From Isurus oxyrinchus (lineage: Eukaryota), in assembly GCA_026770705.1 (NCBI GenBank), contig JANJGN010000008.1, forward strand, positions 161,882,001 to 161,946,000: 64,000 nucleotides of DNA. Direction: 5' to 3'. The stretch's first letter is position 1. Each line of letters opens with the position of its first letter. The notes under the pieces are model-generated. The model did no database searches and was not told the origin of the DNA. It saw only the letters and a program-made list of their open reading frames with translations. The position numbers and the translations under genes are program-made. Positions 12,411 to 25,100 of the stretch are shown one piece after another.

Positions 12411-15400
12411 AAGCATTTAATAAATAGTCCATCTGGTCAAAATAATTCTAAAATACATTTTAGGTTATTTGCTAATCTGTAACATTGAGTGTTTGTCTTT
12501 CCTGGCTGTTGTTAGCACTCTCAAAAAATAGTCAGCAAGGACTGGGAAATTGCTGATAACAATTCTGTTTTGTATATGAGCCTAACAATTGCCTTGAGAA
12601 GGGCAGCTACAGCATTGGGTGTATTCATTGCAATGGGTTACACAAGACAACAGCTGCACTGGGAGGAATACCAATATCCACTGTGAAGAAGGGCTGTTGG
12701 CAACAGATTGGACTGGATTTCTGGAATCTGGTAATATCTTTTAACAACTGATTTAATTAAGATCATGCATTTTTCTTGGGTTGTTTAGAACCAATTGGTC
12801 AATTTAGCAAGTGCTACAGAATCACTTTATGCATAATGCAATATTTAGTGTCGCCACGTTTTTAAATGAGGTGTGGGCCAGGAAGTTGTGAGCCTTATCG
12901 AGAAGCACTGGTAGACCATTCAACTGTAGAGGCACTCAGAGGTGAGTCAGATTCTGTCCTCATCTAATATCCAGCCAGGTCACCTAGATACCAATTGGGA
13001 ATGGGAAGCCTTCCTTAAGTTTAAAGTGTCGAGGCTGCTTGTTGCTGCCCTAACAAATTCCCAACCAGGACCTTAGCTTTGAACAATCAGGTTTGTTTTC
13101 CTGCTTCATCACTTTTTGATTCTTTCTCCATGTAAGCTGGTGATGAGGTGAAGGGTGGACTTGTAAGTTGATTATCATTTAGAATGGTACTGGAAATATT
13201 TCTAGTCCAATCTATTACATCAAAAAATTGGTTTAAAAAATGAACACGGTCTATTGACCTCATTAGTTCCCAGGGCACTATTTGCCCCTGCTGAATTGCC
13301 ACTATGATCTTATGACAAGGGTAATTGTTCTTTCAAAGCGTTCTCGAGAGTCAGTCTATTGGTTTATGTGTCAGGCTTTAATTTAGCTCGGTACCATATT
13401 CTGCCATCACTTAATCACATTTCCTTTCCATCTTATTATTTGACAGCTTCTAGCCATCCCGTACTTTACTTAATATGTTTTTTTTTGTTCTGAAGGGAAA
13501 CTAAAAGGCTTACCTCCACAAGGCGCATATATACTTTAGGAACCACTGTTGTATTCACTTTTTAAATAATTTATCATAGTTTCGGCTAAACTTATCCAAT
13601 GCAGTATCAAAAACAAAACACGTACTTTGCGTGGAAGCCACTGTTTTTGAATATCTTGACACCTCCTGATCTGAGGTACTTTTCCACCACCTCCTGGTAC
13701 GTTGTTGAAATGCTCGGGTTCTGCAGTTTTGCTTGGCTGATTTCACTGATTTTATTTTGTCTTTCTCAGGCAAGACTTTCACTTACCTGCATTCACATGA
13801 TATATTCCTGGTTTCTCCAGTGCGTCTAGTGGGACATTTCACAGACAGTATTGAAATTCTAGGTGCTGCTAGTCAAAGATGTAAATATTACACACTCAAA
13901 TGTATAAATTACATGTGAGCTTTTAAATGCATGGAGACTTGTGTTTTCCATTATCTCACTGTAGAGGTGAGGATCCAGGTTTTGGAACTATTCTACAACG
14001 AAGCCACATGGGCCTGTCTCCAGGCAGAGTTTAGTATGATCTCATTATCCCCCTCATTCAGAACGTTCTATTTCATATTAAATTAAAGGAAACATTTTAA
14101 AACTTATAAAGCCCTGCATTCGTAATAACATCCAATAGATAATTACTCATAATATTAATTAACCCAATGAAATCATTAGAATTACCACCTCCCCACCCCC
14201 AGAATCAGTGCCAACCTTCTCTTTCACTATTGTATCCTGGAGAATAGCCAGTAGAATTACTTCATCGCAGGCATCTAAGTCTGGAGGCTGCTATAAATCA
14301 CAGTCACTGCAGAACTAAGTGCCTGTCTGATTGATTTAAAAGCACGATATTGGCTGTCACCCTATTTGTTTCCTTTTGCTTCTCCTTCTTCCCTCTTGAA
14401 GTGTTCAAAAGTCATCAATGAATAAACTACAGGAGTGAGGATTTTTGGAGTGTTCACAACTATGTGTTATAAAACTTACTCCATGGTTCAGATATGAATA
14501 CAACGGAGTTGTTTGGCTAATATACTCTAGAACTGAAATAAAATGGACTTTTGCACAGCGCTATTTGTATCTTGTGTCACAAGCTAGAGAAGGGAGATTT
14601 TCCTGAGACTGGGCCCAGGCGCACTCGATTGTCTTGCAACAACAGATTGACATTGGATAGAGTTATTGTGCATGCTGGCAAAGAAAACAGCACAATTTCC
14701 CTTTTTTCATTCAAAATGGGGAACACTGGGCACTTTCCTTCCATCTGACCCACCCAGGTTTCCAATCCATTGCAGCTGGCTGCAACCCCAGGAACACCTC
14801 CCATAGCGAGGCCATTGATTCTAGTGAACAATGCAACAAGACAACAGTGGCGGCCCTGAGGGATATGGTGAACAGTTAAACTTAAATCATCCTTCACGCA
14901 TTTATCTGATATTCTCTCTATGACAGTATCGTATTATCATATAGACATCACAGCACAGAAACAGACCACGTGGCCCAATTGATTTCTGCTGGTGTTTATG
15001 CTCCAGTTCAGCCTCCTCCTTCTCTATCTTATCTAACTCGAATGGGATATCCTTCTAAATATGTGTACCTACGTACCAGTCTTGAGGAGACACCTCTTAT
15101 TTGTGAAAGCCTATGCCACCGATAGCTGATTATGTTTTCTGCTCTAGGCACTTCAGCAAGAATAATGCTTGTAATACTCGAGTATACAGCACCAGTATCC
15201 ATTATGTTAGGAGCGTTATCAATCTAACTGCAGAAACTGAATTTCCAGAGCAAACCATTTTGGATAGGAAATTACAGCACTCTATTTGTTGCTGATAAAT
15301 TTGGAAGCTACAAAGTCTTTGTTATGATACAGCAGTTGGTAAAGGCTGAGTTGTTTAAATCCCAGAGGGAAACTTGAACAACTGTCATAACCTATATTTT

Positions 15401-16860
15401 CAATTGGTACGTTTGAAATGCAGCTCTGAATTCAGGAATAAGACCACTGAGCCTCAAAAGCTTTTTTTATATATGACTAAATTAAACTTTTACTAATTTA
15501 ACAACAAATTAAACACATACACATGTCTACAAATGACTACCATAATAACTTTTAAACAAATCCCCAAATTAATAACTCCCAGGTAAATTTTCACCAAGGC
15601 ATCAATAACCCATTAACTTTAAACAGACACCAGACAAAGAACATTTGACCTTACAAATTCAAACACGGTCTCTTGCAATTTTGTTCCTTTGCACACACAA
15701 TTGTAGGCTTATAGGCTGGTTAGATCTTAAATGCCTCTGACCTTATAAACACAAACTCCTTTCTGTTTATACTTAGCTTTTTCTTTGCATGTAAATTTTT
15801 TATGGTATCCTAGGCTTTTAACGTCACATCTTCTAACAGTAACATTTTCATCCCACTAATTTTATTAGTAACATAAACACATTGCTAGACATCTCCCAGC
15901 TAGGTGAAAGATTCTACTCATTCCTTTGAATGCTTTATTTAAAAATGCAAATTGCCCCCTTGACACCTATGTTTCTAAACTTCCCCATGTTATCTAATTA
16001 CCATTTCAAACCTGTTGCCCTGCATCTGATTTAACACCGTAGTGCCACTCTCGTTTACTAAAAAATGTCAGCAGTGAAACAGGGAGAATGTCCTTCGGTT
16101 TTAATTTCCTTGGGTAGGATGATTGATCTAAAGCCAACTTATTCAAATGCTAGAGACTCTGTTCAAAGCGCATTACTGTATATTGCTTGATGGATCTACC
16201 TAGATGGCTTTTTCCACTTGGGCTTGTGTAATAACTGTGCCAGCTTGAACCGAGTGATTGCACACTTGCCTCTGACTCAATGTGCTGTTCATTGCCCAGG
16301 ATTTAAGTCCATAATGAGGGAGAAATGAATAGATGGATAGACTAATAGGATTAGATGAAGAAGGATGGGTGAAGGTTGTGTGGAGTACAAGCTCCAGCAT
16401 GGACCGGTTGGGCCAAATGCTGTACATTCTATTAATGCATTGAAGCTATTTGCTTCTGCTTCCTGCTTTAATTTCTCCTACTGCAAGATTGATCTTAAAC
16501 AGAAGGGGACACTGCAGGGATAATTCCTGATGCCTGATGCTCCTTTGATGAACTAATCTTTGCTGTGCTGTAATAACCAGTTGCATATTACAAAAAAGAC
16601 TGAAAAATCATTATTTTACATATTGTTAATATGCGAACGATAGTGGTAGAACCATGGATGTTTCCAACACAGAATAATGCCATTGGCTCCAAGATGTCTG
16701 TGCAGCAAATGGAGTGCAACTGAGGAAACTGAGTGCAGACTTGGATTTTGATGATAGGGGGAGTTTAAAGTGTTAATTTTGTTCTTAAATTTTGCTCTCA
16801 AAATCTAAGCTAGCCTGTAATTAGCAGCAATTGGAAAGTTCTGTGTAAGCAGGCTAATTT

Positions 16861-16903
16861 CTTACCTGGCAGGGGAGAGATCTTCATCGCGTTTCTGCCA
16901 GGG
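16861..16903 (+). ncRNA. U1 snRNA-derived 5' fragment (not a complete U1 gene)
   Basis: CTTACCTGGCAGGGGAGA (16861-16878) equals vertebrate U1 nt 4-21 as recalled. It is followed by a diverged match to stem-loop I (catcgcg ~ GATCACG; tttctgccaggg ~ TTTTCCCAGGG). Confidence 0.75.
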
Positions 16904-16911
16904 AAAGAGCA

Positions 16912-18450
16912 ATGGCTCTAACCAGTCAAACTCCTTACCATGGGGTATCTAACACCATCTGAGTCATGGGGAAGGGCAGTGAGCAAGGAACAGGAATGGA
17001 TAGGACCTTCTTCACCAAGAGGATCCTATTCAAGCTGTGTGGTTTCGAGGCTATAGAGATCTACTGCCTACAGGATTTCCCCAGCGCTGGATTTTTTGAT
17101 GTGACCTTCAAGCAAGTGGCAGCTTGTGTCAAACTCCTGAAGGTGTTTGAGCAAAAGAAAGACCTGCCAGAAATGAAGATCCTGACGGCGGAGCCGCTCT
17201 TTGCTCTACCGTTGCAACGAGAACGGGTTGTGACGGTGCATCTGTACAACCCCTACGTCCCTGTCGCTGATGTGCTCACCTTCCTTACCAGGTACTTCGA
17301 TAAGGTTGGGAGCTGCACTGAGGTTAAAGATAATTTGGGGATCTGGACATGTAAATGCCAGGTTAAGGAAACGCTCAAGACCGACGGTAAGGGAGCCATT
17401 TTCCACGCCCCTTCCAGATTTGCTATCGGGGGAAGCCGTGGCTACCTTGTCTACGCTTGGCAACCCAAACTTTGTCGCTCATGCGGCAAGTCTGGTCATG
17501 TGGCGGCCAACTGCAGCTCCGTCCTCTGCAAGAACTGCAAAAAGGAAGGGCACTAGACAAAAGATTGTAAACAGGCTAAGTGCTGCAACCTGTGTGGCGA
17601 GGCAGGTCACCTCTACAAGGCCTGCCCCAAATGTTGCCGTACTTATGCACAGGCAGCCAAAGCCAACGAGGGGGAAGCAGAAGAAATGCCTCGTGTCACT
17701 CCAACCACCAAGGCCCCCAGGGAGAACAACGGGACAAAGGAGGACACAGAGAGAGACAAGGTGGAGGAAAAGATTGGGGCAACAGACGACCAACCAACAG
17801 CACGGCCCCCTGAACCTCCCACTCCTCAGGAGAGCGAATCAACGGAGGAGGAGGAGACAGCTGTGGGAAAGCAGCAGGGGGAGTGGCAGCTGGTGAAGAG
17901 AGCCAAAAGGAAGAAGGGGCTAAAAAGAAACCAAGCCACTTCCCAGACAAGAGTCAAGAGGCGTCTCCTATCCGACACGGATAACAAGAGCAGCAGCTCT
18001 TCAGACGAAGAAGGGCCAGGGCGGCGCCAACAGAAGAAGCGGCAAAACGCTAGGGAGTTGGAGGATGAGACACCTGAGCTCCAGAACGTTGGAGACAATG
18101 AGGAGACCTGCGCACTCCAACATTGCCCACAACCCGAAGAGGCCAGTGCACCACAACCCCAGGAATCTGGGAACAGTGAGGCGCTCAGCGCACCCCAGCG
18201 CCGGGAAGCCGGGAGCAGCAACGCCCCAGAGGGGGAGAGGATTGGAGAAGCTTCTCCAACAGAGGACATTTCAAACCCCGCTCTCTGCACGGACCCCCAG
18301 ATGCCACCCGAGCAGAACAACGCCAATGGGGAGGTTCAGGACGCTTTCCTCAGCCCATCCCAAGTGAAGCAATTTGAGCACACCATGGGCATGAAGGAGC
18401 AGACCAAAGGTCTGGAACTCTCAGAGACAACAGGTTTGGTAAGTGACTAA
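16912..18450 (+). pseudogene. Tx1 ORF1 (three CCHC zinc knuckles, acidic/basic disordered tail; ZCCHC3-like N-terminus)
   Basis: One frame from ATG 16912 with in-frame stops at 16960 (TGA) and 17554 (TAG). Knuckles CRSCGKSGHVAANC, CKNCKKEGH*TKDC, CNLCGEAGHLYKAC. Confidence 0.9.
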
Positions 18451-18460
18451 CTGCTTTAAA

Positions 18461-21400
18461 ATGGGTGTAAAGATTGTATCCATAAATGTGCGTAGCATTA
18501 AATCTACTACGCGATGTGTTGTGACCTTGGACTACCTTGCCAAGGTCAAAGCTGACCTGTTGTTTCTGCAGGAGTGTGCGATACCGCACCTCAGCTCCTA
18601 CAGGCAATGGTCACGATGGTGGTCCCATGGGCCATCGATCTGGTCAGGAGGAAATGACTCTCGTTCCTCCGGCCTGGAGATTCTGCTGCGGGGAGGCAAC
18701 TTCACCGTCTCCCAGGTTAAGGAGGTGGTGGGCGGACGCCTCCGCGTAGCAGACGTAATGTACAAGAATGCTCCACTCCAGTTAATTAACGTCTATGCCC
18801 CGTCACAAGGGGCTGAGCGGCCAGAGGTTTTTCAGCAGCTCCCACTGGCGACCTCCAGGCCGGTCATTCTGGGCGGTGACTTCAACTGCATCATCGATGC
18901 AGCTGGACAATCCGGCAGGGCTGACAGCAGATTGGATGCTACATCCAGATCCCTGATGGAAACAGTAAAGGATGCCAAGCTGCACGACGTCTTCAGCAAC
19001 CCTGTAGATGGAGCGCAGCGTAGATACACCTGGTCGCGGCCTGACGGGTCCGTCTGTTCCAGGATAGATTTCCTGTTTGTGTCCCGTGCATTCACAATTA
19101 GATCCACCGACGTCAAGCCGGTGTTATTCTCTGACCACTGCCTCCTACTGGCTGACTGTCACTTAGAAAAGGACCAGAGGGTTGGCAGGGGGGCATGGAA
19201 GCTAAACGGGAAACTGCTGACCCCAGAGAACATTGAGGAGCTCAAGAGGGATTACAAAGGTTGGAGAACCATGAAACCCCACTTTGAGTCACTGACACAC
19301 TGGTGGGAAGCGATCAAGGGAAACATCAAGAGGTTTTTCGTCCTCAAAGGCACCCAGAAAGTTAGAAAGGAACAGAGGGAAATGTCCCGACTCCAGAAAA
19401 ACATGCAGAATCTGCTCTGGCTGCAGTCGATGGGGGTCGATGTCAAGGAGGAACTCCAAGAGGTGAAGAGCCAGCAAGCCTCGCTCTTTGTTTCGGAGGC
19501 CTCCAAGATCATCTTCCGTTCCAGAGTCCACTCCGTGGAGCAGGACGAGACATGCTCACGTTTCTTCTTCCAAAAGCTACACAGAGAGAGCTCTGTGATT
19601 AGCAGCCTGAAGGAAGAAGATGGCTCAGTAAAGTCATCACAGTCCGACATTTTGAGGATCAGCAAATCCTTCTATGCTGGATTATATGACGTGAAGCCCA
19701 CAGACAACACGGCCTCCCAGTCCTTCCTGTCCTCTATCACGGAGGTCTTAGACAACAGTACATGGGAGAGTCTGGACAAAGCGCTAACTCCTGACGAACT
19801 GACTGAGGCCCTTGAGTCCTTCGAGAAGAGTAAAACTCCCGGAAGCGACGGCTTGCCGGCGGAGTTGTATTCGGCTCTGTGGGACTGGATCGGCCCGGAC
19901 CTGCTAGAAGTGTATGAGAGTATGCTCCTGACCGGCAGTATGTCAGAATCCATGAGGAAAGGCATTATCACCCTCATCTACAAGCACAAGGGGAAAAGGG
20001 AGGAAATTAGAAATTGGCAACCCATTTCACTGTTGAATGTGGACTATAAGATTCTGTCCAAGGTCATCGCCAATCGGGTCAAATCTGCTCTGGAATTGGT
20101 GATTCACCCTGACCAGACCTGTACTGTGCCGGGCAGGAAGATCTCTGCTGCTCAGGGATATGATTGCCTATGTGCAGGACAGGGGTGTGGATACCTGCCT
20201 CATCAGCCTGGATCAGGAGAAGGCCTTTGACAGAATATCGCACACCTACATGGTGGATGTGCTCTCCAAAATGGGGTTTGGGGAGGGAATTCGCAATTGG
20301 ATCCAACTGCTCTACACTAACATCAGTAGTGCAGTCTCAATCAATGGGTGGGAATCAGATAGATTTCCTATTAAATCTGGAGTCAGGCAGGGCTGCCCTC
20401 TCTCGCCTGTTCTTTTCGTGTGTTGCATAGAACCCTTTGCTGAGTCCATCAGGAAGGATCCGGGCATAAGAGGAGTGACGATCCCAGGTAGTGGAGGCAC
20501 TCAGATCAAAGTTTCCCTGTACATGGATGATGTCGCTGTCTTCTGCTCGGATCCGCTGTTGGTGCACAGACTTATCCACATCTGCGACCAGTTTGAACTG
20601 GCCTCGGGAGCCAAGGTAAATCGTGGGAAGAGCGAGGCCATGTTCTTTTGGAAATGGGCTGACTGATCCTTTGTCCCCTTCACTGTCAGGGCTGATGGCC
20701 TGAAGCTGCTGGGGATACGGTTCGGAGGGACCAGGGCACGCGTTAGAAACTGGAAGGAGCGAGTGTCTATGGTGAAAAGGAAACTGGGCATGTGGGAGCG
20801 ACGCTCCCTCTCCATTGCGGGTAAGAACCTGGTCATCAGGTGTGAGGCACTCTCGCTGTTGCTGTACGTGGCGCAGGTTTGGCCCATTCCACACTCCTGT
20901 GTGGTGGCGATCACCCGAGCCATCTTCCGCTTTATCTGGAGGTCGAAAATGGATCGTGTCCGCAGGGACACGATGTACAAGCCTCTAGATAAAGGGGGAA
21001 AAAATGTGCCCGACATCGCCCTCATACTGATGGCCACCTTTGTGTGCGGCTACATCAAGCGGTGCGTAGACCCTCAGTATGCAAACACCAAGTGTCACTA
21101 CATGCTGAGGTTCTACCTGTCCCCGGTGTTGCGAAGGATGGGTCTGGCCACGATGCCGTGGAACGTTCCAAGTAGTTGGACCGTGCCGTACCACCTGTCC
21201 CTCGTGGGAAAATTTATGCAGAGAAACACATTCGACCACAAGTCCATCAGGCAGTGGTCAGCACGTAACGTGTTAAAGGCCCTGAGGGAAAAGGAGAGGG
21301 TGGATCCTGTGGGATGGTTCCCTGAGCAGACTGACAAAGTCATTTGGCAGAATGCCTCATCACCAGAACTTTCCAACAAACACCTAGATGTAGCTTGGCT

Positions 21401-21851
21401 GGTGGTGAGAAAGGCCCTCCCTGTAAGATCCTTCCTACACGCCAGGAGTCTCACCCCCTCTGCACGTTGCCCTCGAGATGGCTGTGGTGGGGAAGAGACC
21501 GTTGTTCACCTCCTTGTAGATTGTGTCTTTGTGAAGAAGGTCTGGAGAGAGATGCAGTGGTTTCTGTCGAGGTTCATCCCGAGCAGTTCTGTGACAGAGG
21601 ACTCTGTGCTCTACGGGCTGTTCCCAGGGACACACACTGAGACAAACATCAACTGCAGTTGGAGGATCATCAACTCGGTGAAAAACGCTCTTTGGTCTGC
21701 CCGAAACTTGTTGGTTTTCCAGTGCAAAGAGTTGTCCCTGACCGGGTGTTGCAGACTGGCACATTCCAAGGTCCAGGACTACGTGCTGAGGGACACAGTT
21801 AAGCTTGGGGCAGCCGCCACAAAGGCGCAATGGGGAAGGGTCGCTGCCTAA
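18461..21851 (+). pseudogene. Tx1 ORF2 (AP endonuclease, reverse transcriptase, C-terminal CCHC)
   Basis: SINVRSI, LQEC, NVYAP, GGDFN, SRIDF, SDH (APE); PGSDG, PISLLNVDYK, DQEKAFD, GVRQGCPLSP, YMDD (RT); CPRDGC..ETVVHLLVDC. Frameshifting deletion near 20145 and TGA at 20664. Confidence 0.93.
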
Positions 21852-22189
21852 GACCTTTCTGCCACAGTGCACCGAGGGACTGGAAACTGTAAAGAGCCCC
21901 TCAGGCTGTACAGATTAAAATGAATGTCTGCCAATGATTGTAATATTCATTGTTTGTACTGATACATCTTGTGATTCATGTTGTAAAAGTTGAACCTGAT
22001 TGTATTTTTGTAATGGTGATTTGAAATGTTTTTGAAGATTTATGAATGAAGTATATTTTTACAAAAAAAAAGCAGGCTAATTTCTTTTTTCCTTGAAGCT
22101 TAGACAGGATAAACTCTCACACTCTGCTGTGAGAGCTGGGTAGTTAAATAACTAACTGGTTGAATCTGGTTCCTCTAGCCCCAGTTCAG

Positions 22190-25100
22190 ATTGCTATAAA
22201 TACAGGCCTCTTTAGTGTAGCTGAGTAAACTGAATGCAGATTTGGGAATTTGGTGAGAGGGAGAGTTTGGTGAAGGGGGAAAGGAAGGCTTTGTTTCCTT
22301 TTTCTATTTTCCTTACCCTGTAGGAATTGGCTCTTGCTCTACTACAGGGAAAGGAGCTAGCTATTTGTTGAGAATCTGGTGAGAGGCTAAGGTCTATTCT
22401 ATTCTGAAGGTTTAAAATAGTATACAAATTGGTAGTAAATTTAATAAAATATATTTTAAAAAACCATAAATAAGTCAATAACATAATTAAGTAATTACTC
22501 AAAATGCATTAAGGACAGGTGATGTGTCAAGGGAGTTCCTGGATAACATTATGATCCAGAGCAACACATCTTCAGTAAGTGTTTGCGGCTTGAGAAACTT
22601 CAGCTCAGAGTCATTGAGCTAGAGGCTGAGCTGCAGACTCTTCCTTCTCAGGGAGGGAGAAAGTTATCTGGATGCTCTGTACCAGGAGGCAGTCGCACCA
22701 TTTAGGATAGGGTGTTCTAATTTGGTCAATGGTCAGGGACGGGAGTGTGTGACTGTGAGTGAGACAGGTAAAGGGACTCAGAGGGCAGGAATGTAGGAGT
22801 GTGAGCCTCTGCAACTGTCCAATAAGTTGGAGGTTCCCTCAGCCTGTTTGGATGAGACTGGGGGCTGTAGGGTGGATAAGCAAGCTGACCATGGCACCGT
22901 GGTACAGGAAGCCATTCAAGTGGGGGGAAACAAAAAGGAATGTAGTGGTAGTAGGGGACAGAACAGTGAGGGGGATTGACAATGTTCTCTGCAACAGAGG
23001 GTGAGAGCAGTGTTGCCCAGTGTCAGGGTTCAGGACATCTGCTCAGGCTGGAGAGGAACTTGCGGGGGGGTGGGGGGGGGGGGGGCAGGATTCAGGTGCT
23101 GTGGTCCATGTAGGTGCCAATGACATAGGCAGAATTTGGAAAGAGATTTTGCATAGATAGTATGAGGAGCTCGGTACTAAATTGAAATGTAGAATCTTAA
23201 AGGTTATAATCTCTGGATTATTACCTGAGTTGTCTGAAAATTGGCACACAGTACATAAAAGTAGAGAGATGAACATGTTGCTCAAAGACTGGTATGGGAG
23301 AAGTGGGTTCCAGTTTGTGGGGCACTGGCACCAATACTGGAGAAAGTGGGGGCTGTACCGTTGGGACGGTCTACACCTGAACCGAGCTGGGACCAGTGTT
23401 CTTACAAACTAGGAAATAGAAAGGACTTTAAACTAAATAGTGGGGCCAAGGGATCAAAAGTGGAAAGATGTGGTATATCAGAAAATAGAGATAAGGTAAG
23501 AGAGGAAAATAGTAATATGGGAAATGAGGGTTGCGGAATGGCAGAAAGGGACAGAGAGAAAAAAAAGCCTAAGAATGCACCAAGAATCAAGACTAGATGT
23601 CACAAAGATATCAAAAAGACAGAACTAAAGGCTCTGTATCTGAATATGTGTAGCATTCATAACAAAATAAACAAATTGATAGTGCACATTGAAGTAAATA
23701 AATATGATCTGGTAGTTATTACGGAGACGTAGCTGCAGGATGACAAGGATTGTGTCCTGAATATTGAGGGGCATATGACCTTCAAGAAGAATAGGAAGCT
23801 AAGTAAAGGTGGAGGGGTAGCATAGTTAATCAAGGATTTGTGCAATAGTTAGAGATGACCTTGGTTCAGGAGATCAGAATGTAGAATTGGTTTGGGTGGA
23901 GATGAGGAATAGTAGAGGAAAGAAGTCGCTAGTGGAAGTGGTCTTCAGGCCCTCTAACAGTAACCACAATGTAGGTCAAAGTATACAAGAAGAGCTTGTG
24001 ATAAAGGGATGGCAATAATCATGGGTGACTTTAATCCACATATAAACTGGAAAAATTAGAAGGAGTTCATAGAATGCTTTTGAGATAGTTTCTTAGAGCA
24101 GCACGTTCTGAAACTAACTTCAGAGTAGGTTATATTAGATGTGATATTATGTAATGTGACAGGATTAATTAATGACATCAGAGTGAAGCAGCCCTAGGTA
24201 GTAGTGACCAAAATACAATTGAATTTTATATCCAGTATGAAAGGGAGAAGAGTGGGTCTAAGACTAGTATTTTAAACTTAAATAAGGGCAACTATGTGGG
24301 CATGAAAGTTGAGCTGGTTGAAGTTAACTGGGATACTAGGCTAGGGGATAGATCAATAGAGAAGCAGTGGCAGATGCTTAAGGGGATTTTTCAGAATACT
24401 CAGATAAGTATATCCCTACTATTAAGAAAAATCCTAAAGGGAGCACCCATCATCTGTGGTTACCTACAGAAGTTAGGGAAAGCATCAAACTTAAGGAAAA
24501 TTCATATAACTGCACAAAAATGAGTGGCAGATCAGATAACTGGTCAGATATAAAGAATGGCAAAGAATGACTAAAAGGTTAATCAGGAGAAAGAAATTAG
24601 AGTATGAGAGGAAGTTAGCTAGAAATGTAAAAATGGATGGCAAGAGTTTCTACAGTTATTTAAACAGGAAAAGAGTAGGTAAAGTGAGTGTTGGTCTTTT
24701 AGAGAGTGAGAATGGGGAGTCAATCATAGCTAATAAGGAGATAGCAGATGAAATGAACAAATATTTTGCTTCTGACTTTACTATAGAGGATATAAAAAGT
24801 ATTCCAGTAATAGCTATAAATCAAGGGTGGAAGGGAGAGGGAAACTTGATGAAATTACAATCACTAGGGAAATGGTATTGAGCTAACTGATGGAGCCGTG
24901 GGCTGACAAGTTTCCAGGACCTGATAGACTTCATCCTAGGGTCTTAAAAGAGGTGGCTAATGAGGTAGAAGATGTGTTGGTGTTAATTTTCCAAAATTCG
25001 CTAGATTCTGGAAAGGTTCCATCAGACTGGAAAGTAGCGTATATAAGCCCTCTATTCAAGAAGGGAGGGAGGCAGATAACAGGAAACTATAAGCCAGTTA

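Larger units (their letters stand above)
16864..22071 (+). mobile_element. Full-length Tx1-clade non-LTR retrotransposon with U1 snRNA-like 5' head
   Basis: 17-bp TSD aagcaggctaatttctt (16847-16863 and 22070-22086). Two ORFs (CCHC ORF1; APE-RT-CCHC ORF2), AT-rich 3' UTR and poly(A) at 22063-22071. Confidence 0.93.

Noticed and set aside
13750-13860. Strong splice-like signals (+ acceptor at 13769; minus donor CAG|gtaagt at 13781-13789)
   Set aside because: No open recognisable exon or partner exons; such motifs occur by chance.
15383-16037. Possible solo LTR (tgtcataac...ttaaca)
   Set aside because: No TSD, no second copy and uncertain ends.
16861-17030. Functional U1 snRNA gene
   Set aside because: Only the first ~45 nt resemble U1. 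There are no stem-loops II-IV or Sm site, and the sequence runs straight into Tx1 ORF1.
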